A DNA stretch of 64,000 nucleotides, taken from Candidatus Latescibacterota bacterium. GTDB taxonomy: Bacteria; Latescibacterota; UBA2968; UBA8231. A program made the translations under genes and the position numbers. Each line of letters opens with the position of its first letter. Position 1 is the first letter of the stretch. Shown here piece by piece: positions 1-10,820 of this stretch. The notes under the pieces are model-generated. The model worked only from the letters and a program-made list of their open reading frames with translations, was not told the DNA's origin and made no database searches. Location of the stretch: the NCBI GenBank assembly GCA_965219385.1, contig CBDCNM010000002.1, positions 1,854,936 to 1,918,935 on the forward strand, in the 5' to 3' direction.

Positions 1-1
1 C

Positions 2-238
2 TGCCCCGACAAGCGTTTTTCGGTCTGGGCGGAAGCGGTAGGTGTCGAGTGCGGTCCCCTTGCCGCCGATGAGAAGGAGGACATGATCCACGAACTCGAT
101 GCCGTGGTCGCCCATCTCTACGGCCTGAGCGAGTCTCAGGTCGTCCATATCTTCCAGACCTTTCACGAAGGCTGGGACTATCAGGAGCGCCTCGACGGCG
201 TACGCCGCCACTTCCGGGCCTGGAGGAGTCGTCGATGA
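2..238 (+). CDS. C-terminus (partial) of a probable type IIG/Eco57I-like restriction-modification methyltransferase
   Basis: Manual translation ...MIHELDAVVAHLYGLSESQVVHIFQTF...RSRR*. ELDAxVAHLYGL is a typical C-terminal motif of these enzymes. Stop overlaps next ATG (ATGA). Catalytic motifs lie outside the window. Confidence 0.55.
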   Translation, partial: CPDKRFSVWAEAVGVECGPLAADEKEDMIHELDAVVAHLYGLSESQVVHIFQTFHEGWDYQERLDGVRRHFRAWRSRR

Positions 239-1383
239 CTCTGTATGTCGATGTGAAACCGGAGCTCTTGCGCTGGGCGCGCGAGCGGGCGGGTATCGAC
301 TCGGACGCGTTGGTGAAGCGTTTTCCCAAGTACCGCGAGTGGGAGAGCGGGGAAAAACAGCCAACGTTCAAGCAGCTTGAGAAACTTGCCAAAGTCACCC
401 ACGCGCCAATCGGCTCCTTTTTCCTTTCGGAGCCGCTGCACGAACCGGTCCCGATACCTGACTTGCGTACTGTGGACAATCAGTTTGTCGAACGGCCCAG
501 CGTCGACCTCCTCGACACCGTGTATCTCTGCCAGCAACGCCAGGACTGGTACCGGGACTTTGCCCGCATGGAAGGTGAGGATCCGCTGCCGTTCGTCGGC
601 TCGGCTACACCCGCGAGCGATGTCGAGTCCACCGCAACGAGGATAAGAGCGGCGCTTGGTTTCGATCTCGAGGAACGCCGCACACTGCGCACCTGGACCG
701 GGGCGCTGCGGCGCTTCGTCGAGCGGGCCGATGCTCTCGGCGTGCTGGTGATGACGAGCGGCATCGTCGGCAACAACACCCGCCGCAAGCTCGACCCGGA
801 CGAGTTCCGCGGCTTTGCCCTCGCCGACGATCTCGCGCCGCTCATCTTCATCAACGGCGCCGATACCAAGGCCGCGCAGATGTTCACGCTGGCCCACGAA
901 CTGGCGCACATCTGGCTCGGCGAATCGGCACTCTCCGACATTGAGCCGGTCTCGGTTCCATCTCATGAGGTAGAGGTCTGGTGCAACTGCGTCGCCGCCG
1001 AGCTTCTCGTGCCCCTGGAGATGCTGCGCGAGGTCTATCGAGAGAGCGAGGATCCCACCGGCGAGCTCGACCGCTTGGCCCGCCATTTCAAGGTGAGCAC
1101 GCTGGTCGTACTGCGCCGGATATCCGACATCGGCGCCCTCGACCGGGATACGCTCGCCTTTGCCTACCGCCGCGAGCTGGATCGCTTACGGTCCATGCCG
1201 ACGGCAGGCGGCGGCAGCTTCCATCCAACGCTCAAGGCGCGTGTCGGCCGAAGATTCGGCTACGCACTCGTGACCAGCACGCTGGGGGGCCGGACTTCGT
1301 TCTCCGAGTCCTTCCGTCTCCTCGGCATCAAGAATACATCGACGTTGCGGGAGTTCGCGGCGAGCTTGGAAGTGAGGTCGTAG
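235..1383 (+). CDS. XRE-HTH + ImmA/IrrE (Peptidase_M78) metallopeptidase
   Basis: N-terminal HTH (WESGEKQPTFKQLEKLA) and HExxH motif FTLAHELAH. Confidence 0.9.
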   Translation: MTLYVDVKPELLRWARERAGIDSDALVKRFPKYREWESGEKQPTFKQLEKLAKVTHAPIGSFFLSEPLHEPVPIPDLRTVDNQFVERPSVDLLDTVYLCQQRQDWYRDFARMEGEDPLPFVGSATPASDVESTATRIRAALGFDLEERRTLRTWTGALRRFVERADALGVLVMTSGIVGNNTRRKLDPDEFRGFALADDLAPLIFINGADTKAAQMFTLAHELAHIWLGESALSDIEPVSVPSHEVEVWCNCVAAELLVPLEMLREVYRESEDPTGELDRLARHFKVSTLVVLRRISDIGALDRDTLAFAYRRELDRLRSMPTAGGGSFHPTLKARVGRRFGYALVTSTLGGRTSFSESFRLLGIKNTSTLREFAASLEVRS

Positions 1384-1878
1384 ATGGCGTATCTCCTCGA
1401 CGCCGACGTTTTCATCCGCGCCAAGAACCTTCACTACGGCTTCGACTTCTGTCCCGGTTTCTGGGACTGGCTGATTCAGGCCAACGCGCAGGGGCGCGTT
1501 TTCAGCATTGAGAAAGTCGGTGACGAAATCAAGGCAGGAGACGACGAACTGGCCGATTGGGGGAACGAACGCGGGGACGGCTTCTTTCTCGCGCCTACAC
1601 CCGAGGTGCTTGGAGCCCTCGGAACAGTCAGCGATTGGGCGAACAGCCAGGATTACCAGGCCACCGCCATCGACACATTCCTTCAGGTCGCTGACTACTA
1701 CTTGATTGCCCACGCACTTGCCGGCGGCTATGAGGTGGTTACCCACGAGATCCCATCCTCCTCCAGGAAAAGGATCAAGATTCCCAACGTCTGTATCGGT
1801 CTGTCTGTCAAGTGTCTGACACCCTTTGAAATGCTGCGCCAAGAACAGGTACGCTTTGTCCTGGGGGCCACTCCATGA
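1384..1878 (+). CDS. DUF4411 family PIN-like protein
   Basis: YLLDADVFI...FCPGFWDWL, ADYYLIAHA, VVTHE, KIPNVC; usual partner of ImmA/IrrE genes. Confidence 0.85.
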   Translation: MAYLLDADVFIRAKNLHYGFDFCPGFWDWLIQANAQGRVFSIEKVGDEIKAGDDELADWGNERGDGFFLAPTPEVLGALGTVSDWANSQDYQATAIDTFLQVADYYLIAHALAGGYEVVTHEIPSSSRKRIKIPNVCIGLSVKCLTPFEMLRQEQVRFVLGATP

Positions 1879-4800
1879 ACCGAGAACCCTCCTTCATCGA
1901 CAACCGTGAGGGCAACACCCTGGCACGGGCCCTGGGTACTCTACTGGATGTCGGGCCGGGAGCCGCAATGGGGGCATTCACGGAGAAACCCGATCAGGTC
2001 AGCATCGCCACCGCCTTCTTCAGCCCGACCGGCTTCGCACATATCGCCGATCAACTGGAGGAGGTCCCCGAGGCTCGTCTGCTGCTTGGAGCGGATCTTG
2101 CCGCTAGGACGCTGGATCACCGCAAGCGGCTTGACGAGACGCAGGAGTGGTTCGAACGAAGGCGGATTGAGGCTGGCCTGCGGAACATGACCGACGGCCT
2201 GGCGCGGGACCGCGATCACTTGCCGTTCAATCGAACCAATGGCGCGGCACTGGCCAAGCTGATCGCAGCACTTCGCGCCGGCAACATGGAAGTGCGGCGC
2301 TACGAAAAGGCGTTCCTGCACGCCAAGGCTTACATCTTTACCTCCTTCGACGCTGCCTCCGGCAAACCCCAGGGCATCATCGCCGGCTCGTCCAACCTGA
2401 CCGGGGCCGGTCTCACACGGAACCTGGAACTCAATCTGGGCCGCTTCGACGGACCCATCGTCGCGGAGGCCAGGCATTGGTTCGACGACCTCTGGGCCGA
2501 AGCGGAACCCTACGATTTGGCAGGGCTCTTCGAGGTGGTATTCGAGCCTCGGTCGCCCTGGGATATCTTCATCCGGGTTCTGTGGCTGCTCTATGGTGAC
2601 GAAGTCGAAGACGACACCAAAGCCGATGAGAACCTGCCGCTGACGAGCTTTCAGAAACACGGCGTTGCCCGCGCGCTGCGGCTGATCGGCGACACCGGCG
2701 GCGTCATCATAGCCGACGAGGTGGGCCTCGGAAAGACCTTCATCGCTGGCGAAGTCCTCCAACTCTATCGGGAACGGCGCCAGCGCGCGCTACTGATCTG
2801 TCCGGCGGCGCTCCGCGATGGCATGTGGAAGAGGTTCCTGAACGAGTATCAGCTTTACGTCGAATACTTGTCCTTCGAGCAACTGGCGAACGACAAACAG
2901 CTTCGCGACAAGCAGCGTCCGAATGCCGACCAGACCCATCTTCAACGTTCACTAGACGAATACCAGCTCGTCATCGTCGATGAGGCCCACAATTACCGCA
3001 ACCCGGACGCGCCGACACGGGCCGCTGCGTTGCGCCGCCTTCTCTTTGGACGAAGGCGGGACCTTCTCTTGCTGACCGCTACGCCGGTCAACAACTCGCT
3101 GTGGGACCTCTACCACCTCATCCGGTTCTTCCTTCGCCAGGACGCCCACCTCGCCGGCCGCGGCATTCTCTCGATCCGGGAGCGCTTCGAAGAGGCCATG
3201 CGGGTAGATCCATCCAGCCTGAGCCCCGATGTGCTCTACCCGATCATCGACGCAACGACGGTGAAACGGACCCGGCAGTTCGTGAAGAAGCACTATGCCG
3301 GAGATACCATCACAGGTCCCGACGGTAGGCCGCAGCCCATCGTGTTTCCCCAGCCAAGAGCGATCAGCGTCCGCTACGAGCTTGAAGACAGGTTGCCAGG
3401 CTTCTTCGATCGGTTGGAAGAGGCGCTCGATTCGGATGAGGATAGAGCACTCACATTCACACGATACATGCCGGATACCTGTCTTCGAGACGGCGGCGAC
3501 AAAGATGAAGATGCACGGGCACGCGCCATGGTGGGGCTATTGCGCTCAGGCCTCCTCAAGCGGTTCGAGTCCTCGGGTTTCGCTTTCTGCAAGACCGTCG
3601 ACAAGATGGCGCGGGAGCATGACACCTTTCTCGAAGCCCTGGATGCCGGGTATGTAGTCACGACGGCCTTCATGCAAGAGATTTCGGGTGATGACGAAAC
3701 CATGTTCGAGGACCTGCTGAACGCGACGGATCACCGAAGCGACGCGGCGCTCTACGATGTCGGCCGGCTGCGCGAGGCGGTGAAGCGGGACCGCGATCTA
3801 CTCAGGAGTCTTGCCGACGAGGCGCGGTCAATCACGCCGGACCGCGATGCCAAGCTGAAAGCCTTGACCGATGCGCTGGTCGAAATCGCTCAGCAGGCAG
3901 AGCGCGAAGCAACGGATGCCGCCGACGAAGCGCAGAAACGAAAGGTGCTGGTATTCTCGTTCTTCGAGGACACCGTCGAATGGATTCGAGACTTCCTGCA
4001 GCGCGAAGTCGCAGAGCGGCCAGAGCTTGCACCCTACCGGAATCGCATAGTCGCCGTGAGCGGTTCGGGGGATCTCGACGAGGTGTCACGCCAGCGCGCG
4101 GTGCAGGGCTTCGCGCCAATCTCGATGGAAGCCCCAGCCGGCCAGGACGCCGATCTCTACGATATCGTGGTCGCCACCGACGTTCTGGCCGAGGGCGTGA
4201 ACCTCCAGCAGTGCCGCCACATCATCAATTTCGACCTGCCCTGGAATCCGATGCGGCTGGTGCAACGGCACGGACGCATCGACCGGATTGGCAGTCCTCA
4301 CAACCGGGTTTTCCTGCGGACGATCTTTCCGGTCGATCGCCTTGACCAACTCCTGAACCTGGAACAACGCATCTTGGGAAAGCTGGCGCTGGCGGCAGCG
4401 AGCGTGGGAGTTGCGGCTCCGATCGAGGGCGGAGCGCACGGTGAGCAGGTGTTCACCGAAGCGCGCGAAGAGATCGAGAAGCTGATGAGGGAGGATGCTT
4501 CGCTCTACGAGCATGGAGGAAGCGCGGGGGCAGCTCAGACTGGCGAGGAGTACCGGCAGACCCTGCGCAAGGCGCTTGAGGTGAACCGGGATCGCATTTC
4601 GCGGCTGCCCTGGAAAATCGGCTCCGGCATGATCAAGGGCCGCCGCCGCGGCCTGTTTTTCTGCGCGGTGGTGGGTGCTGAGACGCAATTTGAACGCACG
4701 TACCTGCGCTTCATTCCCGCCGATGACGATTGGCAGCCCCAAGCCGGTGGCGACACCATCGAGCGCGAGCTTGGAACCTGCCTTCAGCTCATTGAATGCG

Positions 4801-5267
4801 ATGAGGACACACCGACCTGGTATGCTGGTGATCTACGCGAACGCGTTTACGACTTCTGGGAAGTCGCCCAGCAGGACATCTGGACCTATTGGATGCGCGA
4901 AACCGATCCCGCGAACCTGCAACCGGCGGTGCGGCCGCTCAATCTCCGGGTGGCCGAGTTCATCCGTAGCCATCCGCCGCTGGATGTATCAGAGGACCGC
5001 GTGAACCGGGCGCTCGACGTCCTCGAATCGCCCTGGCCCCGCCGCGAGGAGATCATACTGCGCGGCTGGTTCGAATCGAGTGAACATCAAGACGCCGCGC
5101 TCGCGGGTTTCTTGATCGACCAAATCCTCGAAACTGGTCTCGAACCGACGACACCGCCACCGCTGCTCCCCCCGATCGAACAAGAGGAGATTGAGCTTTT
5201 CTGCTGGATGGTAATAGAGTGCGGAGGTGGTGCGGATTTCGAATGCGAGATTGGCAAGGTGCAGTGA
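1875..5267 (+). CDS. Phospholipase D-like nuclease domain fused to SNF2-type helicase
   Basis: FLHAKAYIF...GSSNLT (PLD); ADEVGLGKT, DEAH, TATP, EGVNLQ, QRHGRIDR helicase motifs. Confidence 0.9.
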   Translation: MNREPSFIDNREGNTLARALGTLLDVGPGAAMGAFTEKPDQVSIATAFFSPTGFAHIADQLEEVPEARLLLGADLAARTLDHRKRLDETQEWFERRRIEAGLRNMTDGLARDRDHLPFNRTNGAALAKLIAALRAGNMEVRRYEKAFLHAKAYIFTSFDAASGKPQGIIAGSSNLTGAGLTRNLELNLGRFDGPIVAEARHWFDDLWAEAEPYDLAGLFEVVFEPRSPWDIFIRVLWLLYGDEVEDDTKADENLPLTSFQKHGVARALRLIGDTGGVIIADEVGLGKTFIAGEVLQLYRERRQRALLICPAALRDGMWKRFLNEYQLYVEYLSFEQLANDKQLRDKQRPNADQTHLQRSLDEYQLVIVDEAHNYRNPDAPTRAAALRRLLFGRRRDLLLLTATPVNNSLWDLYHLIRFFLRQDAHLAGRGILSIRERFEEAMRVDPSSLSPDVLYPIIDATTVKRTRQFVKKHYAGDTITGPDGRPQPIVFPQPRAISVRYELEDRLPGFFDRLEEALDSDEDRALTFTRYMPDTCLRDGGDKDEDARARAMVGLLRSGLLKRFESSGFAFCKTVDKMAREHDTFLEALDAGYVVTTAFMQEISGDDETMFEDLLNATDHRSDAALYDVGRLREAVKRDRDLLRSLADEARSITPDRDAKLKALTDALVEIAQQAEREATDAADEAQKRKVLVFSFFEDTVEWIRDFLQREVAERPELAPYRNRIVAVSGSGDLDEVSRQRAVQGFAPISMEAPAGQDADLYDIVVATDVLAEGVNLQQCRHIINFDLPWNPMRLVQRHGRIDRIGSPHNRVFLRTIFPVDRLDQLLNLEQRILGKLALAAASVGVAAPIEGGAHGEQVFTEAREEIEKLMREDASLYEHGGSAGAAQTGEEYRQTLRKALEVNRDRISRLPWKIGSGMIKGRRRGLFFCAVVGAETQFERTYLRFIPADDDWQPQAGGDTIERELGTCLQLIECDEDTPTWYAGDLRERVYDFWEVAQQDIWTYWMRETDPANLQPAVRPLNLRVAEFIRSHPPLDVSEDRVNRALDVLESPWPRREEIILRGWFESSEHQDAALAGFLIDQILETGLEPTTPPPLLPPIEQEEIELFCWMVIECGGGADFECEIGKVQ

Positions 5268-5280
5268 TTGTCATGGTGTA

Positions 5281-5406
5281 GATATTGACATCTTGGGCCA
5301 CTTTGGCGACATTTCGGTACAGCTGCAAGCGGCCGAGGCCCTGGTCGACCGGGCGAACGACCGCCTGCAGGAGGCATGGGATGCCGGCCTGGAGCTCACC
5401 GAGCAT
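5281..5406 (+). pseudogene. Internal fragment resembling SfnB/DszC-type acyl-CoA dehydrogenase-family monooxygenase
   Basis: ILGHFGDISVQLQAAEALVDRA; no start or remainder of gene. Confidence 0.35.
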
Positions 5407-5486
5407 CCTCAAAGGGGATCTCCTGGAAAGGGCTAAGAAATACTATAGTTTAACAGATCCAGCAACTTAACCCGGAGGGTTGGGTT

Positions 5487-8210
5487 ATGCGGAGAATATA
5501 TACACACTTGGCATCATCCCTGGCCGGCCTGATGCGCCCATTGGGGACGGCTGGCCTGAGTCTTGTCCTCGTCGGTTCGCTCCTCGTCGGGAAGGCGGCG
5601 TGGTCCGAGGAGGCTGCGGAAGAGACGGCCTCTGAGGAGGAGGGTACCGGCAGGGGAGGGGCCTACACCGACGACGTCTACATAATGGAAGAAACAGTGG
5701 TCGTGGGGTCGCGTCATGCGCCGCGCTCGGTGAAAGAATCGGCTGCACCGGTGGACGTGCTGAATGCCGACGAGTTGCGCACGCAAGCTGCGGTCGACAT
5801 GGACGACATGCTGCGCGCCCTGACCCCGTCGTACAATATCCAGCGGCACGGTATTGACGATGAAGCGACCCTGGTGCGCCCGGCTACGTTGCGGGGCCTG
5901 CCCCCGGACAACCTGCTGGTACTGGTCAACGGCAAGCGCCGCCATCGCTCCGGCGTAATCGCGCTGCTGGGTAGTTCGCTCAATACGGGATCGCAAGGGC
6001 CGGATTTGAGCGTGATCCCGGCCATTGCCTTGACGCAAATGGAACTGCTGCGCGACGGCGCTGCGGCCCAGTACGGGTCCGACGCCATCGCCGGGGTTTT
6101 GAACCTGCGATTGCGCGAATCCTCTGAAGGGGTGCTGGTGGAAGCGCGAGGGGGCCAGTACTTCGAGGGCGACGGTCGCTTGTCCCAGGTGGCCGCCAAC
6201 GTCGGGCTGCCGCTTACTGAGGACGGTTTTTTCAACGTCAGCGTCGAGTACCGCCAGAGCGATCCAACCATCCGCAGCGGCCAGCGTGCCGATGCCGCGA
6301 CCCTGAGCGGCAGAGGCTATGATCAAGTCAAGAATCCGGCGCAGATTTGGGGTAGTCCCGACCTCGACGGCGTGTGGAATACCTTCTTCAACACTGGGGT
6401 TGACCTCGGCAATGGGGCCGAAGCCTATAGCTTTGGCGGCTGGGCCAAGCGCCGCGCCGAAGGAGGCTTTTTCTTCCGCGCTCCGGGCACCTCTTCGGCG
6501 CGCAGTAGCGTATTTCGCATCGGCGATCAGCGGGCCGTAGCCGATCTCGACCCGGACGACGACATTGATCCTGCAAACTTGGATGTGCCTTCTCTGGACT
6601 CCAGCTTCGACGAGACCCAAGCTTTCGTCAATGAGTACCAGGGCGATCTCTTTCTGTTCAACGAGCGCTTCCCCGGTGGTTTTACGCCGCGCTTTGGAGC
6701 CGATATCCGCGATGTGAGCTTGGTGGCTGGTCTGCGCAGTGCTCGTTCCGGTGGCCTCAAGTGGGACGCCAGCGTCAGCGCCGCCCGTAGCAATATTGAG
6801 TTCTTCATCTTCAATACCATCAACGCCTCGCTGGGGCCGGATACGCCGACCTCGTTCCGCCCGCGCGACTACATCCAGACCGACGTCGCGGCCAACCTCG
6901 ACTTTTCCTACGCAGCGGAGGTGGGTGGTTTGGCATCGCCGCTCGGCATTGCCTGGGGCGCGGAATGGCGCCAGGAGACCTTCGAGTCCGTGGCCGGCGA
7001 TGAAGCCTCCTACGTGGTGGGCCCCTTTGCGGCCCAAGGCTTCAGCAGCGGTTCCAACGGCTATCAGGGGCTGCACCCGGATAACGCCGGCAAGTGGGAT
7101 CGCCCCAACTATGCCTTGTACTTGGATCTGCAGGCGGACGTAGTGCCGCAACTCCAGCTAGGCACGGCCGTGCGCTACGAGGATTTCTATCAAGACTTCG
7201 GCAATACCCTCAACGGCAAGCTCTCGGCCCTGTTGCGGGCTAGCGATCGAGTCAACCTGCGCTCGACGGTCAGCACCGGGTTCCGCGCCCCGTCGCCCGG
7301 CCAGGCCAATCTTCGCGCCGTGACCACCGGCTTCTCCGGCACCGGCGGTCTGACCGAGCAGGGGCAGGTGCCGCCCACCCATCCCATAGCCGCAGCCTTG
7401 GGCGGCGAGGAACTGACCGAGGAGAAGTCCGTGGGATTTTCCGTCGGCACCACCATGGAACTCGCCGACGATTTTGATCTGACCCTCGACTACTTCGACA
7501 TTGCCATCGAAGATCGCATCGCCCTGACCGGGAATATCAAGATCACCGAGCAAATCGCCGCGATCATCCGGGACGATGAATCCCTCCAGGGCGTCAGCGT
7601 CCTCCAGGAGGTCAAGTTCTTCTCCAACGACTTCGATACCCGCACCCGGGGCATCGACCTGGTGCTGTCGTGGACGCGGGTCTGGGACAGCCAGTCCTTG
7701 TCAACCGTCGATTTCGCCTATAACTGGACCCGGACCACCCTCGAGGACTTTTCGCAGGTGCGGACCGTTAACGAATTCCTCGGCAAGCCCCTGGACGAAC
7801 CGATCGACTTCAAACTGATGACGCCCCGGCGCCAGGTGGAGCTGGAGCAGATGAACCCCGAGCACCGCCTGGTGCTCACCGGCCGCCACCGGCGGGGCTC
7901 CTGGAACGCCATGCTGCGGCCCAGCTACTTCAGCGCCTGGAAGGCCTGCCGCTTCCAGTCCAATGATTGCGGCAGCCTCGACTCCTTCGACGGGGACGTC
8001 ATCGTCGACACCGAGGTCGGCTACGCCTTTGACGAGCGCTACCGGTTGGGCGTGGGGGCGCAGAATATTTTCGACTCGGTGCCCGATGTCGTCCCTGGGG
8101 ACCCTGAGGACCTTAGCGAGACCGAGGGCCAGGGCAATTTGCGCCCGGAGAGCACCCCCTGGGACTACAACGGTGCCTTCTGGTACACACGCTTATTGGT
8201 GGAACTATAG
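5487..8210 (+). CDS. TonB-dependent receptor
   Basis: Signal-like N-terminus, ETVVVGSR TonB box, plug motifs LVLVNGKRRH and DGAAAQYGSDAIAGV. Confidence 0.92.
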   Translation: MRRIYTHLASSLAGLMRPLGTAGLSLVLVGSLLVGKAAWSEEAAEETASEEEGTGRGGAYTDDVYIMEETVVVGSRHAPRSVKESAAPVDVLNADELRTQAAVDMDDMLRALTPSYNIQRHGIDDEATLVRPATLRGLPPDNLLVLVNGKRRHRSGVIALLGSSLNTGSQGPDLSVIPAIALTQMELLRDGAAAQYGSDAIAGVLNLRLRESSEGVLVEARGGQYFEGDGRLSQVAANVGLPLTEDGFFNVSVEYRQSDPTIRSGQRADAATLSGRGYDQVKNPAQIWGSPDLDGVWNTFFNTGVDLGNGAEAYSFGGWAKRRAEGGFFFRAPGTSSARSSVFRIGDQRAVADLDPDDDIDPANLDVPSLDSSFDETQAFVNEYQGDLFLFNERFPGGFTPRFGADIRDVSLVAGLRSARSGGLKWDASVSAARSNIEFFIFNTINASLGPDTPTSFRPRDYIQTDVAANLDFSYAAEVGGLASPLGIAWGAEWRQETFESVAGDEASYVVGPFAAQGFSSGSNGYQGLHPDNAGKWDRPNYALYLDLQADVVPQLQLGTAVRYEDFYQDFGNTLNGKLSALLRASDRVNLRSTVSTGFRAPSPGQANLRAVTTGFSGTGGLTEQGQVPPTHPIAAALGGEELTEEKSVGFSVGTTMELADDFDLTLDYFDIAIEDRIALTGNIKITEQIAAIIRDDESLQGVSVLQEVKFFSNDFDTRTRGIDLVLSWTRVWDSQSLSTVDFAYNWTRTTLEDFSQVRTVNEFLGKPLDEPIDFKLMTPRRQVELEQMNPEHRLVLTGRHRRGSWNAMLRPSYFSAWKACRFQSNDCGSLDSFDGDVIVDTEVGYAFDERYRLGVGAQNIFDSVPDVVPGDPEDLSETEGQGNLRPESTPWDYNGAFWYTRLLVEL

Positions 8211-8305
8211 GGCGGAAATTGCAAGCTGGATTCCAGTCGGCGGGCTCGCCGTCGTCGCGGGCTCGCCACACCCTGGATTGCCCTACCCCTGCCGAGGAAA
8301 TGACC

Positions 8306-9103
8306 ATGGCCTTGACGCAAGCGCAAAAAATCCGCTTTGAGGAACAGGGCTACCTGCCCTTTGACCGGATCCTCTCCGACGGCGAATTACAGGCCCTGCG
8401 CCAGCGCAGCGAGCAGATCGCCCGGGGCCAGGCCGACCACGTGCCACCGTGCTACATCCAGTTGGAGGGCGCCTTCCGCCAGGGGGAGGGCGCCGGGGTC
8501 GACCGCCTCGATCAGGTGCGCAAAATGACCCATCTGTGCTATTTTGACCCTCTGTTCGAAGCCGTGGCCCGCAAGGCGGCCATCGTCGATGTCATCGAGG
8601 ACTTGCTGGGCCCCAATATCAAACTCTACTGCGACCAGTTGATGATGAAAGCCCGCTATCACGGCACGGTCACCGACTGGCACCAGGATTCAGTGGCCTG
8701 GCCCCAGTTCGCCCCGCAAGACCACGTCTCCTGCTGGGTCGCCCTCGACGACGCCACGGTGGCCAACGGCTGCATGACCGTGCTGCCGGGCAGCCATAAA
8801 TGGGGGCCCATCACCCCCGCGCACAAAGCCCGCTTCCTGGCCAATCCCCTGCTCCCCGAGCCCGTGCCAGTGGAATTGCCGGCCGGCTCCTGTTTGTTCC
8901 ACCACGGTCTCAACTTCCACCGCACCGGCGCCAACCCCACCCCCAACCGGCGGCGCGGCTTGGCCCTGCACTACCTCCGCTCGGAGACCATGTACCTCGG
9001 CATTGAAAGCGAGGAACAGCGCCTGATGACCGAGTGCGAAAAGCCGCGCGGCGAATTTCGCTTTATGCTGATCAGGGGACGCGAATTCGATGGGCGGGTA
9101 TAG
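8306..9103 (+). CDS. Phytanoyl-CoA dioxygenase (PhyH) family 2OG-Fe(II) enzyme
   Basis: WHQD, WVALDDATVANGC, distal His (FHRT); start chosen after GAGGA. Confidence 0.88.
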   Translation: MALTQAQKIRFEEQGYLPFDRILSDGELQALRQRSEQIARGQADHVPPCYIQLEGAFRQGEGAGVDRLDQVRKMTHLCYFDPLFEAVARKAAIVDVIEDLLGPNIKLYCDQLMMKARYHGTVTDWHQDSVAWPQFAPQDHVSCWVALDDATVANGCMTVLPGSHKWGPITPAHKARFLANPLLPEPVPVELPAGSCLFHHGLNFHRTGANPTPNRRRGLALHYLRSETMYLGIESEEQRLMTECEKPRGEFRFMLIRGREFDGRV

Positions 9104-9330
9104 GACTTGATCCGCTGCAGTATGCTCTATTCCCGCTCGGGCGGTTGTGCAGCTGCCAGCAGCGAGCTTTTTCGTCTTTTTATATGTATAACGCGTAACG
9201 CGCCGCCTCGCCCGCCAGTTGAGGTGCATCAGAGACTGGCATGACCCCGTAGGACTGGACGGAGTTGGCGGTGGGTATTTTCTTTAGGCTAGCTGGATAT
9301 TCGACCCTTGGCAAAACGGAGTTATCGAAA

Positions 9331-10692
9331 ATGACAGACAGGAATAAGCCCCATCCAGAGCTCGCCAGGTTCATGGAAGGCCTGGCCGTGCGGAACCCCG
9401 GCGAGGAGGAGTTTCACCAGGCCGTCCGCGAAGTGGCCGAGGTGCTGCTTCCCTACATTGACCGCCACCCGATCTACAGGCAGTACCGGATCCTCGAGAG
9501 GATGACCGAACCGGACCGGATCGTATCGTTCCGCGTCTCCTGGCAGGACGACGCCGGCGAGGTCCGCGTCAACCGCGGCTATCGCGTGCAGATGAACAAC
9601 GCCATCGGCCCCTACAAGGGTGGGCTGCGTTTCTCGTACACCGTGACCCCGAGTGTTCTCAAGTTTCTCGCCTTCGAGCAGACTTTCAAAAACAGCCTGA
9701 CCGGCCTTCCAATGGGTGCCGGCAAGGGGGGCGCCAACTTCAATCCCAAGGGCAAGTCAGACGGCGAGGTGATGCGCTTCTGCCAGTCTTTCATCACCGA
9801 GCTCTACCGGCACGTCGGCTCCCACGTTGATGTGCCGGCCGGCGACATCGGCGTCGGTGTGCGTGAGATCGGCTTCATGTTCGGGCAGTACAAGCGAATC
9901 ACCGGCGCCTTCGAGGGGGTGCTCACGGGCAAGGGACTCGAGTTCGGGGGCAGCCTGATCCGCAGCGAGGCGACCGGCTACGGGGCGGTTCTCTTTCTCT
10001 TGCACATGCTGGCCGAGTCGGGCGTTTCGCTCGAGGGACTGCGCGCCAACCTCTCTGGCTCCGGCAACGTCTCGCTGCACGCCGCCGAGAAGCTCATCCA
10101 GTTCGGCGCTCGAGTGCAAACGCTGTCCGATTCGGGCGGATTCGTCCACGACCCCGACGGCATTGACGAAGAGAAGCTCGCCTTTCTCAAAGATCTCAAG
10201 GAGGTGCGCCGCGGGCGGATCTCCGAATATGCGGAGGCCTATCCGGGCCCCGTCTTTTACTCCGGAGCCCGACCCTGGAGTGTGCCGTGCGATGTCGCCC
10301 TGCCTTGCGCAACCGAGAACGAGGTGTCGGGCGAGGACGCGAAAGGGTTGATCGAGAACGGAGTGCGCGCCGTCTGCGAGGGCGCCAACATGCCGAGCGA
10401 AGTGGAGGCGGTGGAGAGATTCAGGGAAGCGGGGGTGCTGTTCGGCCCGGCGAAGGCGGCGAACGCGGGAGGCGTCGCCGTTTCCGGTCTGGAGATGAGC
10501 CAGAACTCGGCCCGTCTCTCGTGGACCTTGGACGACATGGAGCGACAGCTGGAGCAGATCATGGCCGACATTCACGCTCGCTGCGCCAAGTACGGCCGGG
10601 ACGAGGTGGGGCGCATCAACTACCTCGCCGGCGCCAACATCGCCGGCTTTCGCAAGGTCGCCGACGCTATGCTCGCCTTCGGCGTCGTTTGA
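9331..10692 (+). CDS. gdhA: NADP-specific glutamate dehydrogenase
   Basis: GPYKGGLRF, FEQTFKNSLTGLPMG, DVPAGDIGVG, EATGYG, KAANAGGVAVSGLEM. Confidence 0.95.
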   Translation: MTDRNKPHPELARFMEGLAVRNPGEEEFHQAVREVAEVLLPYIDRHPIYRQYRILERMTEPDRIVSFRVSWQDDAGEVRVNRGYRVQMNNAIGPYKGGLRFSYTVTPSVLKFLAFEQTFKNSLTGLPMGAGKGGANFNPKGKSDGEVMRFCQSFITELYRHVGSHVDVPAGDIGVGVREIGFMFGQYKRITGAFEGVLTGKGLEFGGSLIRSEATGYGAVLFLLHMLAESGVSLEGLRANLSGSGNVSLHAAEKLIQFGARVQTLSDSGGFVHDPDGIDEEKLAFLKDLKEVRRGRISEYAEAYPGPVFYSGARPWSVPCDVALPCATENEVSGEDAKGLIENGVRAVCEGANMPSEVEAVERFREAGVLFGPAKAANAGGVAVSGLEMSQNSARLSWTLDDMERQLEQIMADIHARCAKYGRDEVGRINYLAGANIAGFRKVADAMLAFGVV

Positions 10693-10820
10693 GCGATCAA
10701 CAGCACGAATCCACCGGACCCAGCCGCGAGGGATACGCGGACAGGCTCCTCAGAAGCCGTCTCAAAACCCCCGCTGGCCTTCGCCTGGCTGCAAAAGCGG
10801 CGGCCGGCGGCGACAGGGGT

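Noticed and set aside
2..5267. Calling the operon DISARM or BREX
   Set aside because: No drmA/drmB or pglZ/brxC in the window
9210..9245. Hairpin gccagt...actggc upstream of gdhA as a glutamine riboswitch
   Set aside because: No recognisable riboswitch consensus; single short stem
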